DNA of 59,626 nt, counting the filler. It is 6 parts of 6 records of this genome, joined end to end, with 100 filler letters (N's around TTAATTAATTAA, not from the genome) between each part and the next. Parts side by side here need not be neighbours in the genome. Positions count along the whole stretch, not along the records: positions 20,718 to 43,085 come from SRR31156797_15203; positions 43,186 to 48,387 come from SRR31156797_15218; positions 48,488 to 54,095 come from SRR31156797_15235; 3 more parts are not named here. The stretch is one strand, 5' to 3'. How positions within the stretch are numbered: the stretch's first letter is position 1; every line of letters begins with the position of its first letter. Below, in pieces: positions 41,930-51,041 of the stretch. The notes beneath the pieces were generated by a model. That model did no database searches, was not told where the DNA came from, and saw only the letters and a program-made list of their open reading frames with translations. The position numbers were made by a program, and so were the translations under genes.

Positions 41930-42783
41930 GAACTCATTCGTTCAATAAGAAGGGGCATGGCCAGGCGAAACACAATCCATACGACGATCAATAAAATAAT
42001 AGCCAGAGCATTGACAATAATGAAGCCCGACAGATATCCGGTCGGAAATCCGGTAAGCCAGTCCCGTGCCGTGAGGATGACCGGTGTCAGAGGGTTCAGG
42101 GAGTATATGGCGGCTGCAATACCGGTTTGGGGCATTGGAAAAATTACCGGTGTAAGATACATCAAAAATTGCATCAACAGCGGTAACCCCTTGCCGATGT
42201 CGGTGTATAGAATCCCCACCGGTGTCAGCAGAAGACCTATTGCTGTACCCACCAGCACCAGGGAGATTAGTCCTAGGGGGAACAGCAGCAAGTGCCACCC
42301 TAAATCAATGCCCATAAAAGGCAAAACAAATAATAACAGAGTAATTTTAATGCCGGCGTTGAACAGGGTCTGGTAGACCCCCGATATCACCAGTGATTCT
42401 CTGGGAAAATTGAGCTTTGCCAGCATGGATTTAGCGGCGGTGGTTTGATTAAGTGGGGCATTTACGGCATCCATAAGGACTGCCCAAAGCATGCTGCCGG
42501 AAAAAACATAGACCGGATAAGGCAATACCGTTTCCCCCACGGACACAATTCCGGCCTCACTCAAAAAAATCCAGGTAACGGTGTTGGCAAGGGGGAGAAT
42601 AAAGGCCCAGAGAATGCCCAGAAAGGCCTGGCGGTATTGAGCACTGATATCCCTCACAGCTAAACGCCAGGCTAATTCACGACTTGCCAATAGATCATGA
42701 AACATGGCTCGAACCAGCTTGCCCGGGCTGACCATTGCCGACTCGGGGGTATAGATTGTTTTTTTTAAGGATGGGTCATTCAT
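41926..42783 (-). CDS. wzm: Polysaccharide ABC exporter permease
   Basis: RDISAQYRQAFLG.LW, KLNFPRE, YLTPV, NPLT. Confidence 0.92.
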   Translation of the reverse strand: MNDPSLKKTIYTPESAMVSPGKLVRAMFHDLLASRELAWRLAVRDISAQYRQAFLGILWAFILPLANTVTWIFLSEAGIVSVGETVLPYPVYVFSGSMLWAVLMDAVNAPLNQTTAAKSMLAKLNFPRESLVISGVYQTLFNAGIKITLLLFVLPFMGIDLGWHLLLFPLGLISLVLVGTAIGLLLTPVGILYTDIGKGLPLLMQFLMYLTPVIFPMPQTGIAAAIYSLNPLTPVILTARDWLTGFPTGYLSGFIIVNALAIILLIVVWIVFRLAMPLLIERMSS

Positions 42784-42945
42784 CTAAAATCAATAAAAAG
42801 ATGGTCGCTCGAGGTTAAGTGAACTATTATATTGATCACAGTTTGTGAGAAAAATTTGTCTGAACTCTCGTGTTATGCCATTTGAAATGGCTCCGCCCTT
42901 TCGGTTGCAGTTAATAAGGATTTTACAAACGAACCAAATTTATAT

Positions 42946-43085
42946 GGGCACATTCTCATTTTCACGGTTATGCAGTTAACAATGAAATCTGTGAATTGGC
43001 CATTTGTTTCAGGCAGTTTAATCGTCCTGATTTGTAGTATGAGCGCAGCATGAGAATTTTCTCCGCATTTTCCTTATACCAAAAA
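42946..43085 (-). mobile_element. End of an insertion sequence (ISKra4/ISLre2-like): transposase C-terminus 43084-42968 plus putative terminal repeat
   Basis: Manual translation FWYKENAEKILMLRSYYKSGRLNCLKQMANSQISLLTA*; candidate IR GGGCACATTCTCATT at 42946; sits at contig end. Confidence 0.6.
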
Positions 43086-43185
43086 NNNNNNNNNNNNNNN
43101 NNNNNNNNNNNNNNNNNNNNNNNNNNNNNTTAATTAATTAANNNNNNNNNNNNNNNNNNNNNNNNNNNNNNNNNNNNNNNNNNNN
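43086..43185. other. Artificial contig linker
   Basis: N44-TTAATTAATTAA-N44. Confidence 0.99.
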
Positions 43186-43205
43186 AAGAATAAATTAAAT
43201 GTACC

Positions 43206-43769
43206 ATGAAGACGAAAAGAAATCTAAAACCGGTACTATTATTACTAGTGGCTGTTGTTTTTTGTTCTGCCTTTGTGGCAAAACTTAAGTACCGGCCAAT
43301 GGGGATTTTTACCCTGAAAGGGGATTTTCACCTTGAGCAATTTGAATATGCCCCCTACTCCGCCGATAGCCTTCAAGCCAATGAGGTGGAGTTTATTACC
43401 AGGCTGGGCACCTCTACCAAAAGGTTTAACCCGGTGTTAAGCAAATATGTACAACAAGCCTTGGGAAAAGAGCTTAAAGCTTGTGGCATGAATGAAACAG
43501 AAAATGCTTCGCTAGTCATTTCAGGGGTAATTAAGGTATTAAAGATTGAATCGTACGCCGAAAAATCCATTGCGCAAATGCAGCTTGATTTTGAGCTAAG
43601 GCAAGCCGATAACAAGAAACTGACCTTTTCGTGCCAGGGAAAGAGGCAATACCAGGAAGTAATTGCCATAGCAACTACCGAATACCGAAAAATGGTTCAG
43701 GATGTAACAAAACAGTGCTTTAAACAATTCATTCAGGAAGCTGAAGAAAAAGGCTTTTTTAAAGATTAA
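43206..43769 (+). CDS. Hypothetical exported protein
   Basis: N-terminal signal/TM; no recognised domain. Confidence 0.65.
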   Translation: MKTKRNLKPVLLLLVAVVFCSAFVAKLKYRPMGIFTLKGDFHLEQFEYAPYSADSLQANEVEFITRLGTSTKRFNPVLSKYVQQALGKELKACGMNETENASLVISGVIKVLKIESYAEKSIAQMQLDFELRQADNKKLTFSCQGKRQYQEVIAIATTEYRKMVQDVTKQCFKQFIQEAEEKGFFKD

Positions 43770-43797
43770 ATACGAACAATTTACAGGCAGATTTCGT

Positions 43798-44610
43798 TTA
43801 TTTCTGCCTGTAAACTTTTACATAATCGATTTCATATTTTTGCGGTAACAACTCTTCATCAATTCCTTCCCTTCCTCCCCAATTGCCACCTATTGCCAGG
43901 TTCAGGATTAAATAATGTGGTTTATCAAAGGGCCATACAGCATTACCTGTACCCTCATTTTTATAGCTAAAGTAAAGTTTGTCGTCCACAAAAAAACGCA
44001 ACTCATCTCTATACCATTCCAACACATACAAATGAAAACCGGCAAAAGGTTCTTTAATGCTTATTTTATCACCTTTTGCGGTGCCTATGGCGTGGTTATA
44101 TGCCTTTGTATGTATATTGGCATGAATTATATCGGGTGCAAAACCCACATTTTCCATGATGTCAATTTCGCCACATTCGGGCCAGCCCGTGCCTTCCTTA
44201 AAATTGTTTCCCAGCATCCAAATTGCCGGCCAGGTTCCGCGTCCGGTAGGAAGCTTGGCACGTACCTCTATTTTTCCGTATAAAATACTTTTTTTACCGT
44301 AAGTATACACACTGGCCGAAGTAATTTCATTTCCCTTCCAGTTGTCTTTCCTTGCTTCAATAATCAGTTTTCCGTTTTCAACCCTGGCATTTTCACTTCT
44401 GCCGTGAGTATAATACTGCAACTCATTGTTCCGGATGTACCCCACTTCGTAATCCCAGATTTTGGGATTTGGTAATCCATCCACATTAAAATGATCCTCC
44501 CACACCAGTTTCCACTCAATAGCCTCTGCTTTGTTTTTGGGTATAATTACAACCTGGCTACTTACAACTAACGAAATAAAAAATACAGTAAAAAAAAGTA
44601 AGGATCTCAT
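43798..44610 (-). CDS. Glycoside hydrolase family 16 (beta-1,3-glucanase/laminarinase-like)
   Basis: NNELQYY, WPAIWMLG, WPECGEIDIME catalytic motif, LNLAIGG; signal peptide from ATG 44610. Confidence 0.92.
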   Translation of the reverse strand: MRSLLFFTVFFISLVVSSQVVIIPKNKAEAIEWKLVWEDHFNVDGLPNPKIWDYEVGYIRNNELQYYTHGRSENARVENGKLIIEARKDNWKGNEITSASVYTYGKKSILYGKIEVRAKLPTGRGTWPAIWMLGNNFKEGTGWPECGEIDIMENVGFAPDIIHANIHTKAYNHAIGTAKGDKISIKEPFAGFHLYVLEWYRDELRFFVDDKLYFSYKNEGTGNAVWPFDKPHYLILNLAIGGNWGGREGIDEELLPQKYEIDYVKVYRQK

Positions 44611-44723
44611 GGTTCGGTTTTTTAGTTTTATCAAAAGAAGTGTTTCTCTATTTTAATTGTTTATTGTTTACTTTATAGCTAAGATTCTTATTTCGACATG
44701 TTCCTTTGTTTCTCCCACTCTAC

Positions 44724-45101
44724 TTAATTCTTCCTCTTCAAACGATGACTCCATAAAAAAAGAATACCCACCAACACAAATGGCACGGTAATGATAAGAA
44801 CTACCAGCAGGCTCGATCCTATAGAATCATTCATTTTATAATTATGCAAGTAAATAACAGGACTAAATCCAAACCCAATTAAGGTAAAAATGACACCTCC
44901 GATAAATTCACGTTTCCATGCAACAATAAGTAGGATTATTAAAATAAAGGATGGTATCAGGTGCATCAGAAACTCACCAATCTGTTGCCAAATGGTTAGA
45001 TTAGAATCGAATGAATCCAAAGCAAATAAACTGATAAACAAAATGGCCAGAATACATATTATGCGTGGTGTCCAATGAAGAACTTTAATACTTGTTTTCA
45101 T
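44724..45101 (-). CDS. Small 4-TM membrane protein
   Basis: WTPRI..ILAILFISLFALD, HLIP; four hydrophobic segments. Confidence 0.75.
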   Translation of the reverse strand: MKTSIKVLHWTPRIICILAILFISLFALDSFDSNLTIWQQIGEFLMHLIPSFILIILLIVAWKREFIGGVIFTLIGFGFSPVIYLHNYKMNDSIGSSLLVVLIITVPFVLVGILFLWSHRLKRKN

Positions 45102-45257
45102 GCAATGATTTTTAGTTAGCGATTAAAGTTTTTGTTTCCCTTTTTTTGGGTACTGGATTTTATGGAATAAGGTTCCGGTAACAAAAGTATTTCTCCGTTT
45201 CTAAAGCGTATTAATTGTGCGTTTTCAATTCTTCACCTTTTGATGCATAAATAAATC

Positions 45258-45464
45258 TTAAGGCATGATATAAACTCTGAAAAGAACATGGCCTTCTTTT
45301 TCGTAAATTTTCAGATGACAAACTATGTTTTCTTTTGGTTCCATCCGTTGCGAAAAATTTACCAGTTGATTTTTAATTACACCTTCAGGGTCAAGAAAAT
45401 CGGTTAAACCATGTGTCAGATAGATATTCTTTGGCTGAGCTTGTTTTGTTTCTAAAAAAATCAT
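45258..45464 (-). CDS. Hypothetical small protein or gene fragment
   Basis: 68-aa ORF co-oriented with neighbours; no motif. Confidence 0.35.
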   Translation of the reverse strand: MIFLETKQAQPKNIYLTHGLTDFLDPEGVIKNQLVNFSQRMEPKENIVCHLKIYEKEGHVLFRVYIMP

Positions 45465-45529
45465 TTACATGGTTTCATCATATTCAAAAAAACAATAGCT
45501 TAATAATGTATGGTTCCTTGACTTTCTCA

Positions 45530-46489
45530 CTATTTATTTTTTAGATCCTCGATAATCCCGGCATCAATCCAAAATAGATTATGGTAATTGGGCGAACTGT
45601 GCCAGCGTGTAAAAAATAAATATTTCCCATCGGGCGAAACTCCCGGGAATCTTTCCTGACGAGTTGTATTTACCCGGTCACCCATATTTATTGCTTCTCC
45701 CCATTCACCATTCGCTTTTCTGAAACTAATATACAAATCGCCATAGTTATCCATACTACCGGGTCGGTTTGAAGAAAAGATCAGGTACGATTCATCCGAT
45801 GCGATAAAAGGGCAACAATTGCGCGAACCATTAAGGTTGATCTGTTCGGGCAGGAATTCCGGATCTGTATATTTTTCCTTCTTAAATGCTGAGCGACAAA
45901 TGCCTACTTCACCATCAATATTATCTAAAAAATAAAGGTTCCCGGTGCGTGTAACACTTGGAGTCCAAAATCCAGCCTTATTGTCAATTGGTTTGGGTTC
46001 TCCCCAGTCACTGTTCATTTTATCCATGAACCAGATATCCAGCCCCAGGGTACCATCATCTTTTAGGGTACGTTTTGATGCAAAAAACATTTTTTGCCCG
46101 TCGTACGAAATAAAAGGTTGATCATCGTGATATAATCCCGAAAATGAAGCCATCTTTTTGTCCGACCATTCACCATTTTTATAGCATACAAAATATATTT
46201 TTCGTGTTTTATTTTCAGCACTCACTGTTGACCAATAGATCTCTTTTCCGTTGGGAGAAAAAGTTGGACTGCTGTGTGCCAGTTGCCCGATTAATTCAGG
46301 AGCAAATAATTGAGCCGAGTCTCCGGGTGGTATTTGGTTGAAATATTTCCACGACTCACCCTGGGCAAGTAATCGACTTGAAATCAGCACAAAGCAAATA
46401 AGAACTTTAAATTTTATCGTCGGGTAGTTATTTTCAATATGCACTGGCAGACTACTATTCTCACACTTTTTCATGACATTGCTAAACAT
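45530..46489 (-). CDS. PD40/TolB-like beta-propeller protein
   Basis: Repeats PTFSPNGKEIY, PFISYDG..FFAS, PFIASDESYLIFSS, PGVSPDGKYLFF. Confidence 0.85.
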   Translation of the reverse strand: MFSNVMKKCENSSLPVHIENNYPTIKFKVLICFVLISSRLLAQGESWKYFNQIPPGDSAQLFAPELIGQLAHSSPTFSPNGKEIYWSTVSAENKTRKIYFVCYKNGEWSDKKMASFSGLYHDDQPFISYDGQKMFFASKRTLKDDGTLGLDIWFMDKMNSDWGEPKPIDNKAGFWTPSVTRTGNLYFLDNIDGEVGICRSAFKKEKYTDPEFLPEQINLNGSRNCCPFIASDESYLIFSSNRPGSMDNYGDLYISFRKANGEWGEAINMGDRVNTTRQERFPGVSPDGKYLFFTRWHSSPNYHNLFWIDAGIIEDLKNK

Positions 46490-46637
46490 TTGATTTTCTT
46501 GCCTAAAAATAGCTTAAAAACAAACATTTACTAAACATCGACTTAAGAAAATATTGCTTGCAAAACCAGAAAGTGATTCGAAGAGCGTGAGGATTTCTAA
46601 TTACTAATTTTCTACTTTATAAGCTACCTGCACAAAA

Positions 46638-46865
46638 ATGAGCCGGATTATGGCAGAGAATGACATTGACGGGCTTTATCCGGGATATTATATGGGAGCT
46701 AATATTGACACTAAACAACGAATAGATAACCTGAGTACCATAAGTAAAGATGTACTTGCCGAAAATCTTAAGGGAGAGAAAAATCCGGATGGTTTTATAG
46801 GGCTTAATTTTCTGATAACCAAATATGGCGTACGGGTTTTGTACAGCGAGAAAGCATTAAAATAA
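46638..46865 (+). CDS. Hypothetical small protein, possibly a 3' gene remnant
   Basis: 75-aa protein-like ORF; upstream same frame interrupted by TAA at 46605 and 46620. Confidence 0.35.
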   Translation: MSRIMAENDIDGLYPGYYMGANIDTKQRIDNLSTISKDVLAENLKGEKNPDGFIGLNFLITKYGVRVLYSEKALK

Positions 46866-46950
46866 AGGTTAATTCGCTTCATCTATAAAAAAAAACAGAT
46901 ACCCCGTTGGTGCGAATTTCAACTTCACTCCAACAGGGCTTCTTAGAAAT

Positions 46951-48387
46951 TTAGTAGGCATCCATCTGTCCGGGTAGCAGATACCAGAATGCAACAGCCT
47001 GGTAAAGACATATATTGGTACATTTGGTACAGTTCTGTTCCGTATCTCCCCATTTGTCGTCCTTGTACTTTTCAATTACTCCAGCGAATGATTTCTGGAA
47101 TGGAATATTGTCGCTAATGTGAAAACGGCTGATAATGGTATGCCCATTTCCATCAATGGCGGTGTAAGGTTGACTGGCAAAACCATGGTCAAACAAAGCA
47201 AAAGCAGGCTCAGCAGACCATGCATAACCAATATAATCTTCAGATCCTGTACCATAGGTAGAAGGAAACTTTTCACCATCCACATAAAATTTTTCATCAC
47301 CTTCTCCCCACCACCACCATATGTTGCGGCCATTAAATTTTCCATACCACCAATTGGCAGCTTCCTGCTCCGGTTCCTCCCACTCGTTTTGAATATGCAG
47401 TGTCATTCCACAATACCGTCCCCTACCCTTGGTCACCAAAAGAGGCCAGTCCAAAGCTCTGCCTTTACTATTTACCTTCTCTTTAAATTTTCCGTTATGC
47501 CATTTGGCATGAAAACGTAACAGCTGTTTAGTATTTTGAATATCCCGATATGCAATAGTGAGTTTTAAAGCATGAGATTTATTTCCTTTGTTTATCAACT
47601 TAAATTTTGCTCCTTTAGTAAAGGGCATGTACCAATTTGAATAGAAATACCCCGGTATAGCACCAATGGCAAGGGTTCGGTTAGCATATATATCCGGGTA
47701 GGTACCAAAGAACATCCCTAAGGGAGCCGACACAGCCGGTTTTTCATCATTGTCCCAGGTAATATCAAGCCAAAGATTACGTAGCAATTCTTCCCTACTT
47801 TCGGCAGTTACATAATCGTTTTGATTATAAGTGATATTAAAATGAGTAATTGCACCTGGATTATTTATTCCGGTTTCCCAGGACTTGGATTTTGGCGACA
47901 AGCTTACTTCCTTGCTAATCGTTTGTTCATTTTCATAGTGCTTTCGTGCAAATCCTCTTTGGTACAGTATCCGGTCTGTCTGGGCAAGGGCAATGAGGTC
48001 TTCTTTGGAAAATACTCCATTAAATTCCGGAAGTTTAAACTTGTTCTCCGGGTACTTTGAATAGGTAATATGGTAGTACATTCCCCATCCCTTCTCCAAT
48101 ACTATTTTACAATGCTCCTGAAAAGAAATAGGGATAAAACGATTGCGGCCTCTGGAAAGCGTACTCATAAGCTCGGGTAGGTTCACTGATGGTAATCCGG
48201 GTAGTTCGTTAGGCAGGTCAATACCTTCTTCGTTGAGTTTTTCAAAAAAATCAGAAAATGGCTGGTCAATGATTGGTGTAGCCTGATGGTCAATATATAT
48301 TTTTATGTGTCCTTCCAGGGCAAGTGCACTCCAAACCCTCCAAACTACCCCGGGTCCATCCTGCTCAAAAACCACAATATTTTCTCC
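46951..48387 (-). CDS. DUF2961 / GH172 family glycoside hydrolase (5' truncated)
   Basis: GPGVVWRVW, PLGMFFG, WYMPF, WWGEGDEKFYVDGE, GTGSEDY, RFHISDNIPF. Confidence 0.88.
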   Translation of the reverse strand, partial: GENIVVFEQDGPGVVWRVWSALALEGHIKIYIDHQATPIIDQPFSDFFEKLNEEGIDLPNELPGLPSVNLPELMSTLSRGRNRFIPISFQEHCKIVLEKGWGMYYHITYSKYPENKFKLPEFNGVFSKEDLIALAQTDRILYQRGFARKHYENEQTISKEVSLSPKSKSWETGINNPGAITHFNITYNQNDYVTAESREELLRNLWLDITWDNDEKPAVSAPLGMFFGTYPDIYANRTLAIGAIPGYFYSNWYMPFTKGAKFKLINKGNKSHALKLTIAYRDIQNTKQLLRFHAKWHNGKFKEKVNSKGRALDWPLLVTKGRGRYCGMTLHIQNEWEEPEQEAANWWYGKFNGRNIWWWWGEGDEKFYVDGEKFPSTYGTGSEDYIGYAWSAEPAFALFDHGFASQPYTAIDGNGHTIISRFHISDNIPFQKSFAGVIEKYKDDKWGDTEQNCTKCTNICLYQAVAFWYLLPGQMDAY

Positions 48388-48487
48388 NNNNNNNNNNNNN
48401 NNNNNNNNNNNNNNNNNNNNNNNNNNNNNNNTTAATTAATTAANNNNNNNNNNNNNNNNNNNNNNNNNNNNNNNNNNNNNNNNNNNN
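48388..48487. other. Artificial contig linker
   Basis: N44-TTAATTAATTAA-N44. Confidence 0.99.
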
Positions 48488-50470
48488 GCCGACGAAGACA
48501 TGGAAAAGCTGATTGAAACAGCTTACAATAAACTTACCACCATGATGTTCGACCCAATTGGCGGCACTGGAAATCCGCTGATGAAGGATTTGGTAAGCAG
48601 TATTAAAGGCAAAAAAAGCCCCATGGACAGAGCCACCGATTTGTACAAGCAAAACAAAGGCACCGCGGATAAAAAAGAACCTGCTAAAAACTCAACACCT
48701 GCAACCAAAAAAGATACCGCAAAAAAAACGTCAATGCTTTGGAATTATCCGGCTTTAAACGACAACTTGCTATTGGCCTACAAAGGCAAACACTATCAGC
48801 CCGAGTATTTTTACGCTCCTTTATTAAGCGATGCGCAACAAAACGAATGGCAGCCAAGTCACATTAAAGACGAATACAAAAAATGGATTAATGAAATGCC
48901 TGTGAAACCTGAAACCCGCCAGAAATATAAGGCGTCGGTTGACAGGAATGAGTATTTAGAAACCTCGGCAATGATTAACGAAGCAGTGGCGGGGAATAGC
49001 GACAAACCTTACCTGTACTACAACAAGTTTATTTTTACTCCAGAAGAATTAACCAAGTACAGCGACTATTTTAAAACCACCAAGAACCTTCCCGAGGAGC
49101 TAAAAAAGTTAATCAGCAGCAGAATTACTCAGATTGTTGAGGCACAAGACTATTTAAACAAGGTGCAAAAAGCTTACATTTTAAAGACCTTACCCCAAAA
49201 AGCAGACGACTATTTTATCGGTGAAGTTTCGTTGGCCTATATTGCTTATGTGAATAAAGAAAAGCTAGTTCATGTGCCTTCCTCGGCAAAAGGCAAAGAA
49301 ATGGTGGAGCGAATATTCGAGCTTAGAACAAAAAAAGAAGACGAAGACATAAAACCTATTGGCGATGGTTTGCTGGATTACCCAGATGATGATGATGATG
49401 CGAAAGTGGACACCAAGGGTAAAACCGATTCGAAAGAGGATAAATCGGCTACCACTGATAAAAAAGCTGCTGATGGATCAAAAGAAAAGCCGGTTGAGAA
49501 AGCCGTAAGCGAAGCAGCTAAAAAGGCAAGCGACAAAGCAGCTTCGGCAACAGCAGCCACAAAAGCAGCAGCCGATAAGAAAACGGAGGCCGACAAGAAA
49601 AAAGCATCCGAAACAGCTAAAAAGGCAGAAGCCGAAAAAGAAAAGAAAAAAGCGGATGCCAAGAAAAAAGAAAAGGCAGATTTTAAACTGGCTGTAATGG
49701 CATCGTACCAGTTCAAAAAAATGAAGCAAACGGGCAAGTTCAAAATAAACCTGAATAAATATACCGCCGACAAACTGGTCCTTCGTTTTGATGAGAACAT
49801 TGGACAAATTGATTGTAATGAATGTTTTTACCAGGTTAACCTTGATGACCCCTTATTTAAGCAGCGCGAAATAGTTGCCATGGTTGATGGATTTAACGCC
49901 GACGATTTTGGCAAGTACATTAATTACGTGAGTTTGAAAGTGAAAAAAACGCACCAAAGTGGCGATGTTACTTACGACGAAGTGCGCATTGACCGCGATA
50001 ACTTTGTAAAATCGGCCAATAATTTTAAAGTACTTTATGGCTGGAAAGGTGACGACGACCGCAACCAGTGGCTAGATTACCAATACCAAGCTCAGTGGAG
50101 CTTTTTTGGTGGCAACGAAGTAGTCGGAGCCTGGCAACAAGCCAATGCCAACGTCATTAACCTGGCACCGCCCTACCTGCGCAAAACAATTGAGTTGGAA
50201 GCAGATCCGGAATTTTTGAAAGACAAAGAAGTACGATCGATAAACGTAAAATTGTTTTACAAAATTGGCGACAAAGAAGAAGTAAAACAGGTGAGCATGA
50301 TGCCATCGCGCGAACAATACTCTGAAAAGGTTGATATTATGCTTCCGGGTGATGCCACCACCTACGATTACGAAATTACCTGGCGACTAACAGGTAACCG
50401 AACCGCCACAACCGGCCGACTAACTGCAAGCGAACAAATTTTATTTGTTGATGAGGTAATACCAAATTAA
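48488..50470 (+). CDS. Large hypothetical protein with Lys/Ala/Asp-rich linker (5' truncated)
   Basis: Frame open from contig edge; 660 codons; no recognised family. Confidence 0.8.
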   Translation, partial: ADEDMEKLIETAYNKLTTMMFDPIGGTGNPLMKDLVSSIKGKKSPMDRATDLYKQNKGTADKKEPAKNSTPATKKDTAKKTSMLWNYPALNDNLLLAYKGKHYQPEYFYAPLLSDAQQNEWQPSHIKDEYKKWINEMPVKPETRQKYKASVDRNEYLETSAMINEAVAGNSDKPYLYYNKFIFTPEELTKYSDYFKTTKNLPEELKKLISSRITQIVEAQDYLNKVQKAYILKTLPQKADDYFIGEVSLAYIAYVNKEKLVHVPSSAKGKEMVERIFELRTKKEDEDIKPIGDGLLDYPDDDDDAKVDTKGKTDSKEDKSATTDKKAADGSKEKPVEKAVSEAAKKASDKAASATAATKAAADKKTEADKKKASETAKKAEAEKEKKKADAKKKEKADFKLAVMASYQFKKMKQTGKFKINLNKYTADKLVLRFDENIGQIDCNECFYQVNLDDPLFKQREIVAMVDGFNADDFGKYINYVSLKVKKTHQSGDVTYDEVRIDRDNFVKSANNFKVLYGWKGDDDRNQWLDYQYQAQWSFFGGNEVVGAWQQANANVINLAPPYLRKTIELEADPEFLKDKEVRSINVKLFYKIGDKEEVKQVSMMPSREQYSEKVDIMLPGDATTYDYEITWRLTGNRTATTGRLTASEQILFVDEVIPN

Positions 50471-50502
50471 CCACAAAATGTAGAGTGAGTTATTCGAATT
50501 GT

Positions 50503-50543
50503 AATCCGGCCAGTCTTTTTAGTATTGGCCGGGTTTCTTTTTT
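50503..50543 (+). terminator. Intrinsic terminator
   Basis: AATCCGGCCAGT...ATTGGCCGGGTT then TCTTTTTT. Confidence 0.7.
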
Positions 50544-51041
50544 CAAGGCCCCTCCGCTTTTATTTTATGTACTTTATTTAAGTTTACACGACTCTTTTCC
50601 CGGCTACACAAAAGAATGGTTTGAAGCGTAAAAACGCACCCAAAAGAAACAAAAACAAGCTTGTGTTTTTTTACTGATTTATAAATAGAAACAATGGAAA
50701 AATTATCAAGTTATTAAACGTTAAAATAAAGATTGAACAAGCATGTATTTTAGAAAACTGATATTATCAATTGTAGAACCCTTTCTCTCTCGCCTGAAAT
50801 AATTACTCTCAAATATATTACGGTCTCCTATGTGATGTGGTTGTACCTCACCACCCGGAAAAGAAATAGCCACTGGCACTATAAAAGCCATCCAAGAGAT
50901 AAAACACTCTCCTCCTCTTTTCCTAAGCTTTTTGATCTTATTCTTAACAATACAGAAGATTTATGCTCTCAAATACACCAAAACAACTAATTTATGTTAA
51001 TTTTCGTTTCGAAAGAAATTGCACTGTCTAAATTATTAATC

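Noticed and set aside
46951-48387. Functional link between the GH172 (possible D-arabinofuranosidase) and the pentofuranose pathway at 26-32 kb
   Set aside because: Different contigs from different organisms
49378-49807. Two hydrophobic minus-strand ORFs (140 and 109 aa)
   Set aside because: Reverse complement of the Lys/Ala-rich linker of the plus-strand gene
50820-50900. GCCACTG suggesting a cobalamin riboswitch, and a roughly 56-aa minus-strand ORF in the intergenic region
   Set aside because: Other core riboswitch elements (GGGAA, CCCGC-ACTGT) are absent; the ORF has no motif or supporting context
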